A stretch of DNA of 20,000 nt from Peribolospora baueri. Taxonomy: Eukaryota. Below the pieces are notes generated by a model, which searched no databases, was not told the origin of the DNA, and worked only from the letters and a program-made list of their open reading frames with translations. Shown piece by piece: positions 11,101 through 20,000 of the stretch. The stretch is taken from the NCBI GenBank assembly GCA_029717555.1, contig JAMDHS010000014.1, positions 298,476 to 318,475 of the forward strand, read 5' to 3'. The position numbers were made by a program, and so were the translations under genes. Within the stretch, counting starts at the first letter, position 1, and the number at the start of each line of letters is the position of its first letter.

Positions 11101-14100
11101 GGAGCCGCTTTCTGCCGTCTGCCGCTTGGCTCAGGCCCGTGGCATTTCCGCCAAAGTCCTGCCTACCGACGTCGCCTTCCATTCCCCGCTCGTCGAACTC
11201 GCCAAGAATGAATACGTTCGGCTCATGGAGGAAGTGTTCCGGTCCGCAACGGAGCTGCGCGCTCCAACGGTGCGGACGTACTCGACTTTTACCAGCACGG
11301 TCCGTACGGCATCTTACGACGCTCAGTACTTCTGGGACAACGCTCGGTCACCCGTCCTGTTCGATAAGACGGTCAGGCACATCTTGGCGGACCTCCGTTC
11401 GGAGGAGCCTCCCATATTCGTCGAGCTGGCTCCCCATCCCGCCCTCTCTCCGTACGTCGTCGCGCTCGGCGTCGCGGCCGAGGACGTCATTTGTCCGATG
11501 CGGCGGCCTCGATTGTCCGCACAGAAACCGGAGACGGCCGACGCGGTCGCCCTGCTCGGGGCCGTCGGCCGTTTCTTCGCCTCCGGTTTCGACGACGTCG
11601 CCCTCGCCGCTTGCAGCCTCGACGAGAAGGAGAGCCAGTCGTGGACCGTCGTACCCGCTCCGGAGTATCCCTTCCAGCGGAAGCACGTGCCCTTCCACAT
11701 GGACCACCCTTCCTTCTCCCGCCGGCTCGCTCCCGCTCGTCGGCCGCTGCAAGGAGAGCTCCTGCGGATCAACACTGAGACGCATCCGATCCTGGCGGAG
11801 CACGTCATCAAAGGCGCGCCGATCATGCCCGCTGCCGGGTTCCTTGAGACGGCTTTCCAAACAGCGAACGCCACCGTCCTCTGGGACGTCGAGTTCCAAG
11901 AGGCTCTGACTCTCTCGAGCGACCCGCCCGCCACCGTCCAGGTGCGCGTCCAAGACGAGCACTTTACGATCCGCACGTCGTCCGCAGGATCGAGTGCGGC
12001 CGGGTCCGAGAACAGCTTCGACAGAACGCACTGCCAAGGCTTCGCATCGCGGCCTTCCAAGGCCATCCCAGCTCCTGCGTTCTTGGACGTGGCCGCCGTG
12101 CGCTCCCGCTGTGCCGACGTCGTGCCTGGCAGGTCTGTCTACGAGGTCGGGTTCAAGGGAATCGCCTCTTTCGGGCCGCACTTTCGAAGGATTGTCGAAT
12201 GCCACCAGGGCGGGGACGAACTGCTACTTCGCGTCAAGGGAGGCTTCGCCGATGAGGACGCGGCCGCCGGCTTCTTCTTGCACCCCAGCGTGCTCGACGC
12301 CTGCTTCCAGTCGGTCCTCATCTTTGTCATGCAGCACGGTGAAATGTTCCCCGACTGGGACCAGCGCGATTTTTACCTGCCTTCCAGAGCTGGCCGCGTC
12401 GTCCTTCACGAGCACAACCTCAACCGAAGCTCGGGCTCGCGCGAACCGACGCTGTGGGTGCATGCCAGAATGCGTGGCTGGCGCCCGGAAGCCATTGAGG
12501 CCGACGTGGATTTGTACGGGCCGGATGGCGAGCCCCTCTGCTCGATCTCCCGGTGCGAGGCCGCCAGACACTCGGGCTCCAATGTTGTCTCCGTTGGCAC
12601 TCGCTACGAGCCTATTTGGCAGCCTTACTGCGTGCCGAAATGTCCAGGCCCGGCCGGCCTCGGGACGGTCCCGGCAGCCTTGGACTCGACGGTCCTCTCC
12701 GCGTTGGATACCTTTTCGCGTCCCGAGGTCGTCCTCGTCGGCGGGAAAGGTCCTAAGGACTTGTCGGAGCTGGAGCAGCTCCTATCCGAGGCACAGCCCT
12801 ACGCTTGGGAGCTCATCAAGTCTGTGGCAGCCCGTCAGAAGACGTTGACGTCGAACCCTTCGGGCGAGTTCCTGGAACTTTTCATCGCCTATCATGAGCA
12901 GATCTGCCGAGAATCGTCCGTCCTTTCCGATGTCCGATCGGCCTTCGTCGCACAGGTGCATCATCTCATCCGCTCAGGCAAGCGTGCCATACGCGTTCTC
13001 GAACTCGGAACCGGCGCCATCGCGGGAGGCCTGACGCAGATGCTTTGTTCCTCCATCTCCGAGTCGGGCCTGTTGGACATGGCAGTCGTCGAGTACTTTG
13101 TTTGCGATTCGTCTCTGGGTCGCGCGGAGACGGCCGCGGCCCGGGCTTCCTCCTACCCATATCTGAGGTTGACAGTGCTCACCGACGCGTCCCAATGTCC
13201 GGCTGCTTTCGACATCTTGACTGGATTCCATTGCCTCGGCGGTCGCTCACATCGTGGAGAAACTCTCGCGGATGTCGACAGATACCTCGTCCCTGGCGGC
13301 TTCCTTTGCACAGTCGAGACCGACGGACGAGCGTGGCGTGAACGACGGCCCGGAACGACGTGGTACGACTATGCGATGAGTCGTGTTTGCCCAGGCCATC
13401 TTGAGGTTCATGGCGGACAGCTCCCCTTGGATGCCGGGGGCTGGTCGCAAGCGTTGCGTGCTGCCGGCATGGTGGATGTCGCCGTGACCGCCGCGGCCCC
13501 GGCCGGGGATGCGAACGAACTCTTTGTCGGTTTGGTCGCTCAGCTCGGCCATCCGTCGGGCAACGTCTTAGATTTGCGACCGTCCAGCTCGCCGAAATCG
13601 CCCGCTCGCTCCATCTATTTCACCTTCAAGGACGGGAACGAGATGCAGCTCAAGGAGAAGCTCGCCCCGTTGGCCTCTGTCCATCAAGATTTGTCGCTCT
13701 GGATCTTGGCCGACGACGGTCAAGACGGATGGGTCGCGCGCGGCCTGTCGCGCTGCCTGCTTCACGAGCACCCCGGGTGGCAGGTCCGTCTCGTCCTCTT
13801 CGACCCATCCTGGGATAGACAAAAGCGGTCTCAGGCAGTGGACGTGCTTCAGGGAGTTCGGAATTTGGACTTTGAGCTTCGCGTCGACGCCAAGGGGATT
13901 CTTCAAGTCTCGCGCCTCGCACCTTCCCCTCCGCCTTCCGGCCAGCTGCCCTTCGAGCTCGAACCCCATCGTCTGCCCTCCGTCTACAATCCGATTGAGG
14001 TGCGGGTGGCAGCTTGGTCTTCGGACGGTCTCGGATTTTCTGGCACTGTCGTTTCTGAGCAGGGGGGTTTCACCGTCGGAGAGCGCGTCGTCGGACTTGC

Positions 14101-16744
14101 ACACGATGTCGCTCCGCACGCGAGCCTCGTCGTCGATGCCGGTAGTGTGACCCCTTTGCCAGCAGACCTGAGTCCACAAGGGGCCGCCGCGTTGGCGAGC
14201 GGCTTATTCGTGGGCGTGCAAGGGTTGCCCTGCCACGACGACTTGTCCCGGCTGAAGACAGCACTGGTTCATGACCTCGACGACCCGACCGCCTACGTCG
14301 TTGCCAGTTTCTACGCAGCGCTCGGGGTGCGTGTCTTCGGAACCGTGAAAGGCAGCGCTGGCGGCGCCCGGACCTTTGCCACCGGCATTCCGGTGACCGA
14401 CTCGGAAGACTCGGTTGTTTGGACCAGTACGGTCAGATCCTGGGCGCCGGATGGATTCGACATCGTGGTTCTAGTGGACAGGACGGACAGAAGCGTGTTG
14501 ATGCAGTCGGCCTTGGTCTGCTCGGCTGGCGGGACCATCGTCGTGGCGTCCAAGTCCGCTCCTTTTAGCCTCCCGCCCTCGTCGTCTGTGGTAGAAAACG
14601 CGCGACTAATCAACTTGCCCCAGATCATCCGGCAGGACCCGTGTGCGGTACGTCACAACATCCAAAGGGCATGGAGCCTCCTGGAAGGAAGCGGAGCCCG
14701 GATGGACGTGCCCGCCGGATTGGATGTGGGGTCGCCCGTCGACCACCCGGTGTCCCCAGAGATGCGCTTCCGGTCGAAGGCCTACTATGTCCTCATAGGA
14801 GGCGTCGGTGGTCTCGGAGTCCACCTGGCCGTCTGGTTATACAACCACGGCGCACGCCACATCGTTTTGACTTCTCGGAGCGGAGAAGCGAGCATTCGCA
14901 GGCAAGAGCATGTGTACGCACGTCGCGTGCTCGACTTCCTTCGCCGTCAGCCCGGCATTGATCTTCGCATCGAGGCTGTCGACGCGGCAGACACGCAAGC
15001 GACTATGGCCCTCTTGTCGAGTCTGCGTCTGCCCGCCGCCGGCTGTTTCATCATGCCGATGATCCTGGCGGACAAGATGTTCCTCTTCCAGGACAGTTCC
15101 AGCTTCAGGGCGCCCTTCGACGCAAAAACCAACGCGTTGCGGGCGCTGGCGGCCGCGATTGACGTGAGCTCGCTCGACTTTCTCGTCACATTTTCTTCCA
15201 TCGCCGCGGTGGTGGGCAATCCAGGCCAGAGCAACTATGCTGCGGCGTCCACGGGACTCGAAGGGATGACCGGCGCGTACCGCAACGCCTTCTGCATTGC
15301 GGTTCCCGGCATCACGGACGCCGGCGGACTAGCCAGGCTGGCGAGCCAAAGCAGTGGCAATTCGCAGCTCGAGGCTTGGGTGGCGGCAGGAATGACGACT
15401 ACCCAGCTCTGTCGTTGTCTCGAGGATGGTCTTCGCAAGCTGGCCGACGGGCCCTTCCGTTCGTATGTCCCGGGCGACCTCGACTGGGGCCTCGTCTGCG
15501 GAACGGTGGCAGCGAGGCTCGACTCGGCACGAGCCCTCGTCAAAACATCTTTCTCATCAGTCTCTGATCGCGACACGTCGACAGGCGAAAGGCTACGCAG
15601 AGCGGTCGCCTCTGTGCTCATGGTATCGGAAGACGAGCTCGACCCCAACACGTCGTTCCGCGCCTACGGTTTCGACTCGTTCATGGCCATCCAGCTCGCT
15701 ACGTCGATCAGGAAGATGTTCGCCGTTGTCGTCTCGCAGATGCAGCTGCTGGGAGACATGACTTTGGAGCGGCTCGAGCAACTAGTTCTGAGCGAGACGA
15801 CGGAAGCGCGCGGTCCTGAGAGCGGCGTCACCAACGAAACCGCCACAACCAAGGGCGACACGTTGTCGGACCAGACGCTGCTCAAGTTCGACGACCGGCC
15901 AGCGTCGGCCGGACCTCCTTTGATTCTGGTTCACGGATCCGGCGGAGCCATCTTCAATTTTGACCGCCTGTCGCGAAACCTCGCCGTTCCACTTTGGGCG
16001 ATCTGCCATACGGCAGACGCTCCCATTTCCGGGTCGATCGACGACCTGGCCCGGTATTACGTCGAGGCGATCCTGTCCGCTCGTCCGCATGGCCCATATC
16101 GGCTCGGATCGTTTTCTGCAACCAGCACACTTGTCCTCGTTATGGTTCGGCTGCTCGAGGAACGCGATGAAGTGGTCGAACACGTCGTGCTAATCGACCA
16201 CGCGCCCACTTTGTTGGCTTCACCCGCATACGAGGACATGTGGCACTTGCCGGACGGCATCGAGGGCGAAGCCGGCCGAGAGGCTATGTTCCGCAGCGTC
16301 CTGTCCCTCCTCGAGATCGATGGAACGGAGGAGCGAGAAGGGCTCAAAGACCTGCGTGAAATACTCCAGCTCTCCCTCTCGACGACGACCAACGGCAAAG
16401 GCCATGCATCGGCTCTCGTCCGCCACATAGCTATGAACTTTGAGCACGTCAAGCGTTGCGCCCGCGAAGGGTCTGTTGGCGCTTCAATGCCCGGGGTCGT
16501 TGATTTCGGACCGTTTTTCACATGGATGCGCAGGATCAAGGCGCCCGTGACCCTCTTTGTCGCCAAGTCCGGTCTCTTGTCCACCAACGACCACGGCGAC
16601 TGGAACGACATGGGTCTCCGACGCGCTTTACCGAATTCGACCGTCATTGAGGTGCCGGCAGGCCATTTCGAAAGCCTCCGCTGCCCCGAGCTCGCCGAAC
16701 ATTTGCACCAGCTGTTCGCCGTGAGCGCGGGTGGATCGGCATGA
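8189..16744 (+). CDS. Iterative type I reducing polyketide synthase KS-AT-DH-(pseudo)cMT-(pseudo)ER-KR-ACP-TE, ~2,673 aa; exons 8189-8464, 8549-8682, 8806-9258, 9340-9423, 9497-9581, 9672-9819, 9903-16744
   Basis: Six GT-AG introns (84, 123, 81, 73, 90, 83 bp) give a continuous 8,022-nt frame. KS: PLAI|VGIACELPS, DTACSSS, G|FSRGEG, ELHAT|GT, GNVGHLE. AT: FSGQGPQ, GHSAG (~10838), AFHS (~11174). DH: HVIKGAPIMP (~11801), HPSVLDACFQ (~12290). cMT-like: VLELGTG (~12995), LVPGGFL. KR: IGGVGGLG (~14795), GNPGQSNYAAA (~15215-15247). ACP: GFDSFMA (~15668). TE: LVHGSGG, GPYRLGSFSA, LIDH, AGHF. The start codon at 8189 (gccATGg) is the least certain part. Confidence 0.95.
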
Positions 16745-17269
16745 TCCCGTCGCGATTTTCTCTCCCGCTTTTCTCTCAGCCCTTCGCCCTTCCCTCGCCC
16801 TGGCAAGCGGCGCTTTTTTGTCCTCGGTTATGATATTTGTAGAACTTCGCTCAGCAGATTCCACATTCTCGTCTTTGCTTGCTATTTTGGAAACGTTCTG
16901 CGGCTTACGATTGGGTAGGAACTAGTTACTTTTATATCCTTAAAGAAGACGGCAGCGCATCGGCCGCTGGCTAACAATGTTCGACCCGGGTGAGGATGGC
17001 GAGCCTCGTACTATATTCCCCTGGAACGGGGGGTCGATTCCAAAGCCAGACGCGCGTCGCGGATGCTCGGGCCGAGCGCCCGAGCCTGGAGCGGTGGGGA
17101 CGATTCCAGGCCGCTCGGTTGCCGTAGTGGCCAGGGCAAGGTGCCCTCTGCCCAGATGTGCTCTTGTTCATGTGCCTGCCGCTGATGTAGCTCCCCGGCT
17201 CCTGCCATCTCGTTCCTGTCGGCTTGTTCCTTGCTTCAGCTTCTATTATCAAATCCTCCTATCACCATC

Positions 17270-17540
17270 TGTCAGGGATCACTCCCTACTCAGGTCGTCG
17301 GGTGGCAAGGCAGGAGGAACAGAAGGGGTTGTACCAGGAGTCGACACCGAACCGAGACGGGAGGAGGAAAGAGAGCAAGACAAGACTCAAGGACCTGAGC
17401 GGTGACAAAAGTATTCTAAGCTTGGGGGGAAAGGAGAGGTGGAGGCCCTGTCGGGCCCTTATATATACAAGGCAGACGTGTCATCTCGGATCGGAGGCGG
17501 CGTTCATGACAGTCCCGGATCGGAGACGGCGTTCGTGACA
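17270..17540 (-). mobile_element. 3' LTR (271 bp) of a Ty3/gypsy retrotransposon
   Basis: On the minus strand it starts TGTCACG (17540) and ends CCTGACA (17270), giving TGTCA...TGACA inverted termini. It has an internal TATATATAAG (~17458-17467) and lies just after the chromodomain stop codon and a short G-run. Confidence 0.85.
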
Positions 17541-17552
17541 GTACCCCCGGGG
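17541..17552 (-). other. Degenerate polypurine tract preceding the 3' LTR
   Basis: The minus strand reads ...TAG CCCCGGGGGTAC TGTCACG. The GGGGG plus 3 nt before TG sits where a PPT is expected but is short. Confidence 0.5.
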
Positions 17553-18195
17553 CTAAGCGTGAGCTCCGCGAGCGCGGTTGAGACGTCGTTGGCCTGGCTT
17601 CTGGGGGTAAGTCGTGTGAAAGTCAACCACAAGGCTGTCGTCGTCGTCAAAGTCATGCGCAGCCACCCAGGAGCGCTCCTCAGGGCCGTATCCGACCCAG
17701 TCTACGAGGTATTTCAACTTGCGGCGGGAGAAACGCGAATCGAGTATCTTGGCAACCTCATACTCGTCTTGCCCCGCCTCGGTGATGACGGGAGGTGGGG
17801 GTGAGGCAGAGGGGCGAGAGGACAGAGTGGGGGACGAACGGTTCCAGAAGCGAGACATGGAAGACGGGATGGACCTTCATGGAGGTAGGAAGGTTGAGCT
17901 TAAAGGCCGAACTGGAGATCTTCCTGTCAATGGTGAAGGGGCCCAGGCGCTTGGCGTCCAGCTTGCTGCTGGGTCTTGCCGTCGAGATATGGCGCCGCAT
18001 GAGCCACATCTTGTCCCCAGGCTCGAAAGGAGGCGCTTCAGGCCTGAGCCGGTTCGCATACTTGGCGTGCCTGACGAGAGCCGTTCGGATACTGTCCGCT
18101 GCCTGCCGATGCGTCTCCTGGAGCCGTCTCGAGTCGCTAAGGGTCACCTCTAGTCTCTGGTGATATCCATAATTCGCGAAGAAGGGAGTCATGCC
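17553..18195 (-). pseudogene. Chromovirus (Ty3/gypsy) pol remnant: integrase C-terminus (GPY/F module) plus chromodomain, frameshifted and 5'-truncated
   Basis: GMTPFFANYGYH...FEPGDKMWL...KLDAKRLGPFTI...[23 protein letters not shown] is in one frame. [33 protein letters not shown] is in another, with the frameshift near 17830. No RT, RNase H or integrase core was seen upstream. Confidence 0.92.
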
Positions 18196-18679
18196 GATGA
18201 ATAGCATAGACATGGTGGAGGGCTGAGAAAAGGGAGGTGGCGGCGTCGGTTCGATCAGAAGGTGGCGGCCGCTGACGGGAAGACGACCAGGCCGGTGGTG
18301 GTGGGGGCGTCACTGAAGAGGGAGGGCTACTCCCAGGTCGCCACTGGTGATGGTAGTAGAAGTACTCCCTGAAAACAGGCGCTTGCGCGTCGCCGTCGCC
18401 GTCGCCGTCGTCGTCGCCACGAAGCTTCCACACGCGACCGGACCGGACTCGACGTCGCCCGAGCGGTGAGCGCCGACCGCAGCAAGGCGGGGCAACGGGA
18501 AAGCCACGTGGAAAGCAGCAACTCGTCCGTCACGCCCTTATATTCACAAACTTTATTTGTCCACTCCGCAGCAGAGCCTCATTCGACACACGTACCATTC
18601 TTCCTCTCCACAACCTTTCTTCTTCTTATCATTGCCTGACCTCAACCAGCACAAGCTCCAACACCAACGCCAACAAACC

Positions 18680-19171
18680 ATGAGCCGGTCCCACTCCTCC
18701 GACACGTCTTCGCAGTTGGGCGCGCTCGCCGCTCTTCGCGCACACGTAGATCTCACCGCACTGGTGCAGGTCGCGTCTGCACTCCGCGGCGACGACATCT
18801 TGTGTCGTCTCGCAAACGAAGAGCCGGGTTACGGGGCTTTCAACGCGGTCTGGTGTCTCGAGTTCGCCGACGGCGTCAGGTGGGCGGCGAAGATACCGCT
18901 CGTCTACGATGAAGAATGGATGCAGAAGCGAGGAATGAACGGAGAACCGGCCCACGCGTCAGTAAGGGTGGATTTAGAGCGCATACGAACAAGGCGGGAG
19001 TCATCACGCCGATACCAGAGGGGAGGGGTGACAACCACTCGCGACCGTCTGCGATCCTCACGGTTGGATGAGCTCTTGGAGGTGATCGACATCTGTCTGA
19101 TGACCACACGAGTCATTCGCCTGATAGCAGTCGAGGCGGCCGATGAGATGACTCACTTCGATCCACTTTGA
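18680..19171 (+). pseudogene. N-terminal fragment of a fungal APH/choline-kinase-like phosphotransferase
   Basis: ATG at 18680 (acaaaccATG). VDLTALVQVASALRG...C...GYGAFNAVWCLEFADGVRWAAKIP matches the N-lobe pattern GxFN...hxFxDGxxWhh[RK]hP. Similarity stops near 18925, and no EVATM-like, HxD or DW motifs follow in any frame I could find. Confidence 0.6.
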
Positions 19172-19959
19172 TACCAACATTTGGTATACTCAAAAATCGA
19201 ACGATGACCACATTAATCGATGGCACTCAACAGGCTCATGGCATCAAACCCCCGAAAAAAAGGAGACGTTTGAAGGAAGGGACGTGGCACGTTCGTACAC
19301 GTTGTGGCCGTCTACTGGCCCTCGGGAGAAATTCGGCACCGTCAGCACCTTCTCCCTGAAATAAGAGACTCATGCAGTTGTTCAAGGCGCCCAGGACTGC
19401 TACGACGAACATGGCCTTGGAAAACCCGGAAGATTGGACGTCCCCAAGGTACTTGGCGAGCAGCTTCTAAAACCTATTGGCGGTAGTTTCCCTACGGACT
19501 GTCGCCAGTTGCTCCCTACCTTTTCTAGTTTTGGTGTGCCTGATCGAAGGCTGTACGGCCAAAGACGAGCTATGCATTGTTGCGACCACCAGTTTGCCAC
19601 TGAAACAGAAAGTGGAACCGAGGATATGATCGCCGTCGACGACGGACTTGGCAGCAGTGTCCACAATCGTAAACTTTTCGGAGCTCGAGGCAAGTTTGCC
19701 GGCTGTCGTAATTCGCCTAAGGTGAACGAGGGGCCCGCTATTCTGTCGTTGACAGACCGGGCCAAATGTATCAAAAATGATCATCAGCACAGAGGTACTG
19801 CACGTACTGGCAAGAGTAAGCAATAGAGCCGGTCCAGGCTCAAATTCAAGGCAATTGGATAACTCTGCGCCACGACAACGTACTCAGAGCCGAAAGCGTC
19901 TGGTCAAGTTGCAAAACCTTGATGGAGCCAGCGCCTATGTTTATGCCTAGGGCCATTTA

Positions 19960-19963
<4 letters not shown>

Positions 19964-19994
<31 letters not shown>

Positions 19995-20000
19995 TTTTTC
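19964..20000 (-). repeat. Poly(T)29 tract, possibly the poly(A) tail of a retroelement or retrocopy lying beyond the window
   Basis: T run at 19964-19992 followed by ATTTTTTC; the minus strand reads GAAAAAATAAAAA...(A)n GTTTTAAATGG. Confidence 0.6.

Noticed and set aside
10234..16864. Many overlapping antisense and alternate-frame ORFs (up to 374 aa) within the PKS
   Set aside because: These are shadow ORFs expected from GC-rich codon usage and contain no recognisable motifs.
18387..18418. (CGTCGC)n/(CGT)n short repeat
   Set aside because: An ordinary GC-rich microsatellite; similar runs occur at ~1775 and ~8350.
19400..19826. Overlapping 118-130-aa ORFs near the right end
   Set aside because: No recognisable domain, no clear codon bias and no convincing splice model.

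Overview
GC-rich, intron-containing fungal DNA, most likely from a basidiomycete (species not determinable). The window holds three intact-looking spliced genes. These are an MFS monocarboxylate-porter-type transporter (minus strand, 3' end outside the window), a DUF6533-like multi-pass membrane protein, and a ~2,673-aa iterative type I polyketide synthase with 7 exons (KS-AT-DH-[degenerate cMT]-[degenerate ER]-KR-ACP-TE). The PKS motifs resemble the basidiomycete polyene-synthase group (PPS1/LpaA type). Together these genes form a candidate small secondary-metabolite locus for a probably unmethylated polyene acid. Upstream of the PKS is a mosaic of repeats, including a ~775-bp segment bracketed by telomere-like inverted repeats. 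Downstream are a decayed Ty3/gypsy chromovirus 3' end with its LTR, a truncated APH/choline-kinase-like gene apparently joined to the head of a convergent gene, and a poly(A)-tail-like tract at the window edge. All family assignments come from motif recognition by eye; no database searches were run.
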